Below are positions 52,421 through 61,735 of a stretch of 64,000 nucleotides of DNA, one piece after another. This DNA is from an uncultured Myxococcaceae bacterium (GTDB lineage: Bacteria; Myxococcota_A; UBA9160). Location of the stretch: positions 2,002-66,001 of the forward strand of contig CAZDHU010000035.1 in NCBI GenBank assembly GCA_964505355.1, read 5' to 3'. Both the position numbers and the translations under genes were made by a program. The notes under the pieces were generated by a model that saw only the letters and a list, made by a program, of their open reading frames with translations, was not told the origin of the DNA and made no database searches. Numbering within the stretch: position 1 is the stretch's first letter; every line of letters starts with the position of its first letter.

Positions 52421-54490
52421 TCACGCCTGCGGGTCACGCCATGCGCCGCGCGCACGGATCAGCGCGACCAGTCGATCGTCGGCCTCCGCTTCCGGAACGT
52501 GCCGCTCGACGAGTTCCTTGCCGACGTAGAGACTGACGGTTCCCGGGCCCGAACCGACGTAGCCGAAGTCCGCGTCCGCCATCTCGCCGGGACCGTTCAC
52601 GATGCAGCCCATGATCGCGATCTTCAGCCCTGGCAGATGCGCGGTTCGCGCCTTGATTCGCGCCGTCGTTCGTTCGAGATCGAAGAGCGTGCGACCGCAC
52701 GAAGGGCAGGAGATGAACTCGGTGCGCGTGCTCCGCAAACGCGCGCCCTGCAGAATGCGGTAGGCCGTGTCGAGCGTGCGCCCCGCGTCGCCGAACGCAT
52801 CGACCGGCAGCGAAATCGCGTCACCAATGCCGTCGCAAAGCGGCGCGCCGAGATCACTCGCCACGGAGAGCAGCCGAGTATCGCCCTCGGGCAGACGGCC
52901 GCGCGCACCGCGCAGCACGATCGGAATCTGCCCGCGACCGCGCGCGCAAAGTTGCGCGGCCAGCAGTCGCGCCCTGTGCACGAACCGATCGTCTGGATTC
53001 GCGGGTCGCGCTTCGAGCGCGCAAAGCAGCGCGACACCCGATGCGTCGGCGACGGCGAGCAGATCGTCGACCAGCCGCGGCAGCGCGGGCATCGGCGCCG
53101 CCAGCGTCACTTCGATCGCGATGCCCGCGCCGCGCGCCGCCCGTACCGCGGCGTCGACCGCCGTCGAGGGCGTCGTCGCGTCGGCGGTGATCAGTAATCG
53201 CGCCGCGCCTTCCGCAGACACGGCGTCGCCCGCGGGCAGACGGTGCACGAGCGGCGCAGACTGCCCGCGCGAGGCGAGAGCCGCGGCGAGATCGCGCGCC
53301 CGCGCGCGCTCATGCTCCGTCGCGACGTCGACCACGAACCCCTCACACTCGATCGACGGCTGGCGCGCGAGCGCGCGAGCGAGTTCGTCGGCCTGCGCGT
53401 CGACGCTCGCCGCCGGCGGACCGAGTTCGAGTTCCACGCGCACGGGCTCCGTGCCACCGAGGACGATCCCGCCACTCGCGACGGCGCCGGTCTTCCGCCG
53501 GCCGGCGTGAGCCGACACGAACTCGCGAAACGGCCACGTCGGGTCCAGATCCCGTGCAGACTCGACCGGCAGCGAAGGTGCCGGCGTTCGGCGCGCGTCG
53601 TAGCGAGCCGCGAGTGCCCGCGCGACCGGGATCTCCTTCACGGGATCTTCGGTCAGCGACACCCGGATCGTGTCACCGAGGCCGTCTTCGAGCAGCGAAC
53701 CGATCCCGATCGCGCTCTTGATCCGCCCGTCCTCGGCATCGCCGGCTTCGGTCACACCGAGATGAAACGGCGCGTCTCCCGCGCGCCCGTTTCGCGCGCG
53801 CTCGCGAAGATGCTCGGCGAGCAGGCGGTAGGCCTCGATCGCGACCTGCGCGTTGCTCGCCTTCATGCTGAAGATCACGTCGTGAAACGACTCGTCTTCG
53901 CAGACGTCGAGAAACTCGAGCGCACTCTGCACCATGCCGAGCGGCGTGTCGCCGAAACGGTTCAGGATCCGGTCCGAAAGCGAGCCGTGGTTGGTTCCAA
54001 TGCGCAGCGCGCGACCGAGTTCGCGGCAGCGACGCACCAGCGGGCGGAATCGCGCGGCGACGCGCTCGATCTCCTCGCGCCAGTGCGCCTCGTCGTACTC
54101 GCGAACTTCGAACCGCTTCTTGTCGGCGAAGTTGCCGGGATTGATCCGCACCTTCTCGACGTGTTCGACGGCGATCTGCGCGGCGTTCGGCGTGAAGTGG
54201 ATGTCCGCGACGAGGGGTGCACGGATTCCGCGTCGCCAGAGCGCTTCGCGAATCTCGCGCAGCGCGTGCGCATCGCGCGTACTCGGCGCCGTCACGCGCA
54301 CGATCTCGCACCCGGCGCCGACGAGGCGCTCGGCCTGCGCCACCGTGGCCGCCACGTCCTGCGTGTCGGTCGTCGTCATCGACTGCACGCGAATCGGATT
54401 CGTGCCGCCGATCTCCACTTCGCCGACCCGGACGACGCGCGTGTGTCGGCGTCGCGGTGCGAACGGATCGTCGACGAACAACACGGCCAT
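52421..54490 (-). CDS. ispG: 4-hydroxy-3-methylbut-2-en-1-yl diphosphate synthase, long form with inserted domain
   Basis: 689 aa. VQSMTTTDT, RINPGNF, HLGVTEAG, then a ~280-aa insertion, then CPSCGRT and GCIVNGPGE. Confidence 0.9.
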   Translation of the reverse strand: MAVLFVDDPFAPRRRHTRVVRVGEVEIGGTNPIRVQSMTTTDTQDVAATVAQAERLVGAGCEIVRVTAPSTRDAHALREIREALWRRGIRAPLVADIHFTPNAAQIAVEHVEKVRINPGNFADKKRFEVREYDEAHWREEIERVAARFRPLVRRCRELGRALRIGTNHGSLSDRILNRFGDTPLGMVQSALEFLDVCEDESFHDVIFSMKASNAQVAIEAYRLLAEHLRERARNGRAGDAPFHLGVTEAGDAEDGRIKSAIGIGSLLEDGLGDTIRVSLTEDPVKEIPVARALAARYDARRTPAPSLPVESARDLDPTWPFREFVSAHAGRRKTGAVASGGIVLGGTEPVRVELELGPPAASVDAQADELARALARQPSIECEGFVVDVATEHERARARDLAAALASRGQSAPLVHRLPAGDAVSAEGAARLLITADATTPSTAVDAAVRAARGAGIAIEVTLAAPMPALPRLVDDLLAVADASGVALLCALEARPANPDDRFVHRARLLAAQLCARGRGQIPIVLRGARGRLPEGDTRLLSVASDLGAPLCDGIGDAISLPVDAFGDAGRTLDTAYRILQGARLRSTRTEFISCPSCGRTLFDLERTTARIKARTAHLPGLKIAIMGCIVNGPGEMADADFGYVGSGPGTVSLYVGKELVERHVPEAEADDRLVALIRARGAWRDPQA

Positions 54491-54499
54491 CGCCCGCGG

Positions 54500-57148
54500 C
54501 TACCCGGCGCTCATCAGCTCGTGCAGGCGCGCGATCGCCGCATCGATCTTTCCGGGATCGCGGCCACCGGCCTGTGCGAAATCGGCCTTGCCGCCGCCCT
54601 TTCCGCCGACCACGGCCGCGATTTCCCGCACGAGATCGCCGGCGCGGAAGCGGCCGACGAGATCCGGCGTGACGCCGAGCGCGAGGCTGACCTTCTCGGC
54701 TTCGCCCGTCAGCAGCAACACCACGGCGCTGCCGAGTCGTGCACGCAGTTCGTCGACCATGCCGCGCAGATCACGGGGATCGACGTCGTCGAGACGCGCG
54801 GCGAGCACCTTCGTGCCGTTCACCTCGCGCGCTGCCGCGAGCAGATCGCCGGACGCGGCGCCGCGCTTTTCGGCGCGCAACTTTTCGAGCTCGCGCTCGA
54901 GGGTTCGCCTTTCTTCGAGCAACCGGTCGAGACGCGCCGGCAGCTCGGCCAGCGGCGAGCGCAACTGGTCCGCGAGGCGCCGCAGCGTGCGCTCCTCGTC
55001 GCGCACGTGCGCGAGCGCACCCTCGCCGGTCAATGCTTCGATCCGGCGCACACCGGACGCGATCCCCGTTTCCGACACGATCTTCAGCAGCCCGATCTCG
55101 CCGGTCGCCCGCGCATGGGTTCCTCCGCAGAGCTCGGTCGAGACGTCGCCGAACCCGATCACGCGCACCAGGTCGCCGTACTTTTCCTCGAAGATCGCGA
55201 TCGCCCCGGCCTCGATCGCGCGCGAATGACTCATCTCGCGAACCGTGCCGGTCTCGTTGCGTTCGATCCACGCGTTGACGAGATCCTCGATCCGCTCGAG
55301 CTCGTCGTCCGAGAGCGGCGCATCGTGCGTGAAGTCGAAACGCAGGCGTTCGGGCGAGACCAGCGATCCCTTCTGCATCGCCTGCGGTCCGAGCACTTCG
55401 CGCAGCGCCGCGTGAAGGAGATGCGTGCCCGAGTGATTTCGCACCGTCGCCGCACGCGCCGCCGCGTCGACGCGAAACTCGGCCGTTTCGCCGACCCGCA
55501 GCTCTCCGCTCTCGACCCGGCCCTGATGCACGATCAGCCCGCCCGCCGGCTTGCGGGTGTCGCCGACGACGATCCGACTGCCCTGCGTCGTGATCACCCC
55601 GCGATCTCCGCATTGCCCGCCGCTTTCGCCGTAGAACGGCGTCGCCTCGCTGACGATCTCGATCGACTCGCCCTCGCTCGCGACGTCGACGAGAACACCG
55701 TCACGCAGGAGGGCGGTGACGCGCGATTCGCAGGCGAGCGTCTCGTAACCGACGAATCGCGGCAGCGCCTGATTGGCGAGACGCCCGTAGACCTCGGCGA
55801 CGGCCACCTGTCCGCTGCCTTTCCAGGCCGCGCGCGCGCGGCCGCGCTGCTCGTCCATCGAGGCGTCGAAACCGGCCTGATCGATCGTCATCCGATGGCC
55901 GCGCAAAATGTCGGCCGTCAGATCGAGCGGAAACCCGAACGTGTCGTAGAGACGAAAGACGACTTCGCCCGGCAGCACCTGCGCCGCGTGCGCTTTCAGC
56001 TCCGCGATCTCGCCTTCGAGCAGCGCGAGCCCCCTGGCGAGCGTCTCGAGGAAGCGTTCTTCTTCGCGCCGAACGCGATCCCTGACGTACGCGCGCCGCT
56101 CGACGAGTTCGGGATAGGCGCGTCCCATCTCGTCGATCACGGCATCCGCGACCCCGTACAAAAAGGGGCGCTCGAGGCCGAGCAATACGCCGTGACGTGC
56201 GGCGCGGCGAAGAATGCGGCGCAGCACGTAGCCGCGGCCTTCGTTCGAGGGAAGGACTCCGTCGCCGATCAGAAACGTCACCGCCCGTGCGTGATCGGCC
56301 ACCACGCGGAGCGAAACGTCCGTTTCGGGATCGGATCCGAGGGCGACGCCGGAGAGATCCTGCGCGCGAAGCAGAATCCCCTGAAACAAATCAGTGTCGT
56401 AGTTGGACCGCACCTGCTGGCAGACGACCGCGAGACGTTCGAGCCCCGAACCGGTGTCGATCGAAGGCTTCGGCAGCGGCGTCATCCGGCCGCTCGCATC
56501 CCGGTCGAATTGCATGAAGACGAGATTCCAGATCTCGAGCCAGCGCCCGCAGTCGCACGACGGATCGCAAACGGCCGCCGTGCAGTGTGCCGGTCGTCCG
56601 AAATCCCAGTGAATCTCGGAGCAGGGACCGCAGGGGCCGGTGTCTCCCATCGCCCAGAAGTTGTCGTCTTCGCCGAGGTGGAAGAGCCGCTCGGCCGGAA
56701 TCCCCATCCGTTCGTTCCAGATCCGGTGCGCCTCGTCGTCGTCGCGAAAGACGGTCACCGCGAGCCGCTCGGCCGGGAGTCCGAGCTTCACCGTCAACAG
56801 TTCCCAGGCGAACTCGACGGCGCCCTGCTTGAAGTAATCGCCGAAGGAGAAGTTGCCGAGCATCTCGAAAAACGTGTGATGCCGCGGCGTGCGTCCGACG
56901 TTCTCGAGATCGTTGTGTTTGCCGGAGACGCGCATGCACTTCTGCGACGTCGTCGCGCGCACGTAGTCGCGAGATTCTTCGCCGAGGAACAGGCGCTTGA
57001 ACGGGACCATGCCGGCATTGGTGAAGAGCAGCGTCGGATCGGAATCGGGGATCAGCGAAGCGCTGGCGACCCGGCGATGCCCGCGCTCCTCGAAAAAGCG
57101 CAGAAAGGTTTCGCGAATGTCGTGGGCAGGTCGGACCGCGGAAGGCAT
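54500..57148 (-). CDS. alaS: Alanine--tRNA ligase
   Basis: 882 aa from ATG 57146-57148. IRETFLRFFEERGH, LLFTNAGMVPFK, HHTFFEMLGNFSFGDYFK, editing-domain HSGTHLLH, and a C-terminal DHHA1-like domain. Confidence 0.95.
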   Translation of the reverse strand: MPSAVRPAHDIRETFLRFFEERGHRRVASASLIPDSDPTLLFTNAGMVPFKRLFLGEESRDYVRATTSQKCMRVSGKHNDLENVGRTPRHHTFFEMLGNFSFGDYFKQGAVEFAWELLTVKLGLPAERLAVTVFRDDDEAHRIWNERMGIPAERLFHLGEDDNFWAMGDTGPCGPCSEIHWDFGRPAHCTAAVCDPSCDCGRWLEIWNLVFMQFDRDASGRMTPLPKPSIDTGSGLERLAVVCQQVRSNYDTDLFQGILLRAQDLSGVALGSDPETDVSLRVVADHARAVTFLIGDGVLPSNEGRGYVLRRILRRAARHGVLLGLERPFLYGVADAVIDEMGRAYPELVERRAYVRDRVRREEERFLETLARGLALLEGEIAELKAHAAQVLPGEVVFRLYDTFGFPLDLTADILRGHRMTIDQAGFDASMDEQRGRARAAWKGSGQVAVAEVYGRLANQALPRFVGYETLACESRVTALLRDGVLVDVASEGESIEIVSEATPFYGESGGQCGDRGVITTQGSRIVVGDTRKPAGGLIVHQGRVESGELRVGETAEFRVDAAARAATVRNHSGTHLLHAALREVLGPQAMQKGSLVSPERLRFDFTHDAPLSDDELERIEDLVNAWIERNETGTVREMSHSRAIEAGAIAIFEEKYGDLVRVIGFGDVSTELCGGTHARATGEIGLLKIVSETGIASGVRRIEALTGEGALAHVRDEERTLRRLADQLRSPLAELPARLDRLLEERRTLERELEKLRAEKRGAASGDLLAAAREVNGTKVLAARLDDVDPRDLRGMVDELRARLGSAVVLLLTGEAEKVSLALGVTPDLVGRFRAGDLVREIAAVVGGKGGGKADFAQAGGRDPGKIDAAIARLHELMSAG

Positions 57149-57237
57149 CGTGGCTCCTGTGACGAGGGACTCCCCATCATAGGAGAGGGCCACGCGAGGG
57201 GCTGCCACCGGACGGAATCAGCGGACCTGCGCCCGGG

Positions 57238-58497
57238 CTAGAAGCGTTCGATCTGAAGGCTGTCGTCGGGCGACTTCGCGGGGCCCGGAGCGGGCTCGGC
57301 CGGCTTCGCGGCCGCCGGCGCACCGGACGGCGGCGCGACCTCGCGCCGCGGGGGAACTTTGCCGCCCTCCGGCTTCTCGTCCTCGTCCTTGTCGAAGTCG
57401 TCCCAGGTGCCGTCCGAGGTCGAGGCGATGCCGCGAAAGCGCAGCGCGAAGTCGTCGGCGTTGGAGACGTGCTTCAGGGCCTCGTCGTAGGTCACGAGCT
57501 CGCTCTTGACGAGGTGCATCAGCGACTGATCGAAGGTTTGCATGCCGTAGCTGGTGAAGCCCTTCGCGATCGCGTCGTGCAGCTCTTTGGTGCGATCCTT
57601 GTCGGCGATGCATTCCCGCACGCGCGCCGTCGAGACCATGACTTCGAGCGCCGGCACGCGCCCCTTTCCGTCGGCCCGCGTCACGAGACGCTGCGAAATC
57701 ACTGCCTTCAGAATCGACGCGAGCTGCAAACGCACCTGCTTCTGCTGGTACGGCGGGAAGACGGAGATGATGCGGTTGATGGTTTCGACCGCATCGAGGG
57801 TGTGCAGCGTGCTCATCACGAGATGGCCCGTTTCGGCCGCCGTGATCGCCGTTTCGATGGTCTCGAAATCGCGCATTTCTCCGACCAGCACGACGTCGGG
57901 ATCCTGTCGGAGTGCGGCGCGCAGCGCGCTGGCGAAGTCGTTGGTGTCGACGCCGATTTCGCGCTGATTGACGATCGAACGCCGATCGCGCAGCAAGAAC
58001 TCGATCGGATCTTCGATCGTCACGATGTGACAGGTCCGGTTCGAGTTGATGTGATCGATCATCGAGGCGAGCGTGGTCGACTTGCCCGAGCCGGTGGTGC
58101 CGGTGACGAGGACGAGGCCGCGCTGCTCCATCGCCACGCCTTCGATCACCTTCGGCAGATGCAACTGATCGAAGCTCTTGACGGCGAACGGAATCACGCG
58201 AAAGACGATGCCGGTGGTGCCCCGCTGCTGGAAGACGTTGACGCGAAAGCGACCCAGCCCGGCGATGCCGTAGGCGAGGTCGGCTTCGTGATGCTTGTCG
58301 AATCGCCCCTTTTGCACGGGGTTCATGATGGCGAGCGCCATCTTCGTGATCTCGTCGGGGAGCAGCCGCTCGGCGCTCTTGAGCGGCACCAGCGCGCCGT
58401 CCACCCGGAACATCGGCGGCAGCCCGGACTTGAGGTGGATGTCCGAGGCTCCGCCTTTGACGGCGACCTTGAGGATCTCGTTCAACTCCATCGGCAT
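57238..58497 (-). CDS. pilT: Type IV pilus retraction ATPase PilT, with a ~55-aa acidic/Pro-Ala-rich C-terminal tail
   Basis: 419 aa. ASDIHL, Walker A GTTGSGKST, IEDPIEF, Walker B-like DPDVVLVGEMRD, and TGHLVMSTLHT. Confidence 0.9.
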   Translation of the reverse strand: MPMELNEILKVAVKGGASDIHLKSGLPPMFRVDGALVPLKSAERLLPDEITKMALAIMNPVQKGRFDKHHEADLAYGIAGLGRFRVNVFQQRGTTGIVFRVIPFAVKSFDQLHLPKVIEGVAMEQRGLVLVTGTTGSGKSTTLASMIDHINSNRTCHIVTIEDPIEFLLRDRRSIVNQREIGVDTNDFASALRAALRQDPDVVLVGEMRDFETIETAITAAETGHLVMSTLHTLDAVETINRIISVFPPYQQKQVRLQLASILKAVISQRLVTRADGKGRVPALEVMVSTARVRECIADKDRTKELHDAIAKGFTSYGMQTFDQSLMHLVKSELVTYDEALKHVSNADDFALRFRGIASTSDGTWDDFDKDEDEKPEGGKVPPRREVAPPSGAPAAAKPAEPAPGPAKSPDDSLQIERF

Positions 58498-58699
58498 CGG
58501 CGCGAGTCTCCTCGTGACGCAGGTCGCACTCCCGTCGTGTTTCGACCACTCCGACGCCCGGCTTGAGCTGCGGATCGGGTCTTCTCCGGTCGCGCCGGGG
58601 CGAGGCGGCGTTCGACGACCGGGCGACTTCGCCCGTTCTGCGCGAGGCTGGCTCCCGTCTCGCCGATGGACGCGCTACGACAGGTTCGAGGAGGGACGC

Positions 58700-61387
58700 A
58701 TGGGTAAGAACACGGACTCGACGAGCGCGCGCCGCACCCTGACCGTCGGAGGGCGTGCGTTCGATTACTGGAGCCTTCCGGCCGCGGCCGAGGCCGGACT
58801 CGCGGGCATCGAACGGCTGCCCGTCTCCATGAAAGTCCTGCTCGAGAACCTGCTCCGAAACGAGGACGGACGCACCGTCACGGCGGAAGATCTGCGTGCC
58901 TTTCCGGCCTGGCTCGAAGCGCGGCGCAGCGATCGCGAAATCGCTTTCCGACCGGCCCGCGTCCTGATGCAAGACTTCACCGGGGTTCCCGCCGTGGTCG
59001 ATCTGGCGGCCATGCGCGACGCGATGGTCGCGCTCGGCGGAGATCCGAAGAAGATCAATCCGCTCGTCCCCGTCGATCTCGTGATCGATCACTCCGTGCA
59101 GGTCGACGTCTTCGGTCGTGCCGACGCGGCCGAGCGAAACGTCGCGCTCGAATACGAGCGCAACGGCGAGCGCTACGCATTTCTTCGCTGGGGGCAGGCG
59201 GCGCTCGATCGCTTCCGCGTGGTGCCGCCGGGAAACGGCATCTGCCATCAGGTCAATCTCGAACATCTCGCGCAAACGGTCTGGACCGACGAGGTCGGCG
59301 GGCGCACGATCGCTTACCCCGACACGCTCGTCGGCACCGACAGCCACACCACGATGGTCAACGGACTCGGCGTTCTCGGCTGGGGCGTCGGTGGCATCGA
59401 AGCCGAAGCAGCGATGCTCGGGCAGCCGATCTCGATGCTGCTGCCCGAAGTGATCGGCTTCCGCGTGACCGGCCGTCTGCCGGAAGGTCGCACCGCCACC
59501 GATCTCGTGCTGACCGTGGCGCAGCAACTGCGCAAGAAGGGCGTGGTCGGTCGCTTCGTCGAGTTCTTCGGCCCCGGCCTCGATCATCTGTCACTGCCCG
59601 ATCGCGCGACGATCTCGAACATGTGTCCGGAGTACGGTTCGACCTGCGTGTTGTTTCCGATCGATGCGGAGACGATTCAGTTCCTTCGCTTCTCGGGACG
59701 AAGTGCGGAACGCGTGGCGCTGGTCGAGGCGTACGCGAAGGCGCAGGGCCTCTGGCGCGACGCGACGACGCCCGATCCCGTCTTCACGGACGTCCTCGAA
59801 CTCGACCTCTCCACCGTCGAAGCGAGCCTCGCGGGACCGAAACGCCCCCAAGACCGCGTCGCGCTGGCGAGTGCGGCGCAGGGCTTCGCCGAAGCGCTGC
59901 CGGGATTGATGAAAGCGGGAGCGAACGCGCAGACGCGCGCACCGGTCGAAGGAGAATCGTTCGCGCTCGGGCACGGCGACGTGGTGATCGCCGCGATCAC
60001 CAGTTGCACCAACACGTCGAATCCCGACGTCATGATCGCCGCCGGTCTGGTCGCCCGAAAGGCGCGGGCACGCGGTCTCGTGCGAAAACCGTGGGTCAAG
60101 AGCTCGCTCGCCCCGGGCTCGAAGGTCGTCGCCGACTACCTCGCGGCCGCCGGTCTGCAGGACGATCTCGACGCGCTGGGCTTTCAGCTGGTGGGTTTCG
60201 GCTGTACGACGTGCATCGGCAACTCGGGCCCGCTGCCGGACGCGATCGAGGCAGCGGTCAAGAGCGGAAACCTCGTGGTGGCGTCGGTGCTCTCGGGGAA
60301 CCGAAATTTCGAAGGCCGCGTGCATCCGCAGGTTCGTGCGAACTACCTCGCGTCACCACCGCTCGTCGTCGCCTACGCACTGGCGGGCTCGCTGGGCGTC
60401 GATTTGACGCGCGATCCGATCGGCACCGGCAGCGACGGGAAGCCCGTCCATCTGCACGAGATCTGGCCGACGACGCAGGAAGTCCGCGATGCGGTGCGCG
60501 CAGCGCTGACGCCCGAGATGTTTCGCCGCCGCTACGACGACGTCTTTCGGGGCGACGAACGCTGGCAGGCGATCGGTGGCGCGGGCGGTCTCACGTTCGG
60601 GTGGGACCGGGCGAGCACCTACGTGCAGCAGCCGCCGTACTTCGTGGGCCTGTCGCGCACGCCCGCTGCGCCCGGCGACGTACGCGGTGCGCGCGTACTC
60701 GCGCTGCTCGGCGACAGCATCACGACCGATCACATTTCGCCGGCCGGAAACATCGCGGCCGATTCGCCGGCGGCGAAGTACCTGACCGAGCACGGGGTCG
60801 TGAAAGCGGACTTCAACAGTTATGGCGCCCGCCGCGGAAATCACGAAGTGATGATGCGCGGAACGCTCGCGAACGTTCGGTTGCGCAACGAGACGGCGCC
60901 CGGCACGGAGGGCGGACTGACCCGGCTCCTGCCCGAAGGAACCGTGACCTCGATCTACGAAGCGGCGATGGCCTACCAGCAGCGTGGTGTTCCGCTCGTG
61001 ATTTTCGCCGGGCTCGAGTACGGGTCGGGTTCGTCACGCGACTGGGCCGCCAAGGGAACGCAGCTCCTCGGCGTACGCGCGGTGATCGCGGAGAGCTTCG
61101 AGCGCATTCATCGATCGAATCTGGTCGGAATGGGCGTCTTGCCGCTCGTCTTCGAAGCCGGCACGACGCGGCGGACGCTCGGACTCGACGGCAGCGAGCT
61201 GGTCGACGTGCTCGGGATTTCCGGTGGCATCCGTCCGCGCATGAAGCTCACGGTTCGGATCGCGCGAAGCGACGGCCGCAGCGAAGAGATCCCGGTGCTC
61301 TGCCGGATCGATACGCTCGACGAAGTCGAGTACTACCGGCACGGAGGCATTCTGCCCTTCGTGCTGCGTCAGTTGCTCGACGCCTGA
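58700..61387 (+). CDS. acnA: Aconitate hydratase A
   Basis: 895 aa from ATG 58700 (GAGGAGGG SD). MQDFTGVPAVVDLAAMRDA, DSHTTM, Fe-S ligand context ITSCTNTSNP and GCTTCIGNSG, and the swivel domain GSSRDWAAKG. Confidence 0.95.
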   Translation: MGKNTDSTSARRTLTVGGRAFDYWSLPAAAEAGLAGIERLPVSMKVLLENLLRNEDGRTVTAEDLRAFPAWLEARRSDREIAFRPARVLMQDFTGVPAVVDLAAMRDAMVALGGDPKKINPLVPVDLVIDHSVQVDVFGRADAAERNVALEYERNGERYAFLRWGQAALDRFRVVPPGNGICHQVNLEHLAQTVWTDEVGGRTIAYPDTLVGTDSHTTMVNGLGVLGWGVGGIEAEAAMLGQPISMLLPEVIGFRVTGRLPEGRTATDLVLTVAQQLRKKGVVGRFVEFFGPGLDHLSLPDRATISNMCPEYGSTCVLFPIDAETIQFLRFSGRSAERVALVEAYAKAQGLWRDATTPDPVFTDVLELDLSTVEASLAGPKRPQDRVALASAAQGFAEALPGLMKAGANAQTRAPVEGESFALGHGDVVIAAITSCTNTSNPDVMIAAGLVARKARARGLVRKPWVKSSLAPGSKVVADYLAAAGLQDDLDALGFQLVGFGCTTCIGNSGPLPDAIEAAVKSGNLVVASVLSGNRNFEGRVHPQVRANYLASPPLVVAYALAGSLGVDLTRDPIGTGSDGKPVHLHEIWPTTQEVRDAVRAALTPEMFRRRYDDVFRGDERWQAIGGAGGLTFGWDRASTYVQQPPYFVGLSRTPAAPGDVRGARVLALLGDSITTDHISPAGNIAADSPAAKYLTEHGVVKADFNSYGARRGNHEVMMRGTLANVRLRNETAPGTEGGLTRLLPEGTVTSIYEAAMAYQQRGVPLVIFAGLEYGSGSSRDWAAKGTQLLGVRAVIAESFERIHRSNLVGMGVLPLVFEAGTTRRTLGLDGSELVDVLGISGGIRPRMKLTVRIARSDGRSEEIPVLCRIDTLDEVEYYRHGGILPFVLRQLLDA

Positions 61388-61454
61388 CGGCGGGCGGCGC
61401 GAGGCCGCATCGATGCAGTCGAGCCGCGGCGTGTCGCTGCTCGATCGGCCGCGC

Positions 61455-61718
61455 TCAGCCCCCGGCCGCGGGCTTCAGGAAGGCGACGGTGTCTCCGTCG
61501 CCGACCGCCGTCCCCATCCCGCGACGGTGCGCGATGATCACGCCGTTGACCGCGATGGTGACGACGCGCATCAATCGTTCGAACTCCTCCGCGTGTTCGC
61601 CAAATCGCTCGCGCGCGCCACGGACGACGTCCTTCACCGTGCCCGCGCCGTCGATTTCGAGCCGCCGGGCACCGAAGACTTTGGCGAGGTCGTAGGTCAA
61701 CTCGACGGTGACGCTCAT
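61455..61718 (-). CDS. MoaD/ThiS-family ubiquitin-like sulfur-carrier protein
   Basis: 87 aa from ATG 61716-61718, ending in ...GDTVAFLKPAAGG (C-terminal Gly-Gly). Lies 17 nt downstream of the AOR gene. Confidence 0.7.
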   Translation of the reverse strand: MSVTVELTYDLAKVFGARRLEIDGAGTVKDVVRGARERFGEHAEEFERLMRVVTIAVNGVIIAHRRGMGTAVGDGDTVAFLKPAAGG

Positions 61719-61735
61719 CGGCGAAGTCCTTTCTC

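Noticed and set aside
52421-54490. Unusually long IspG (689 aa) as a novelty
   Set aside because: The central insertion corresponds to the known long-form IspG found in plants, Chlamydiae and several bacterial phyla. It is not a new feature.
53243-57241. 1332-aa plus-strand ORF, the longest in the window
   Set aside because: It lies antisense to ispG and alaS, both unmistakable from conserved motifs. There are no stop codons simply because of GC3 bias on the opposite strand.
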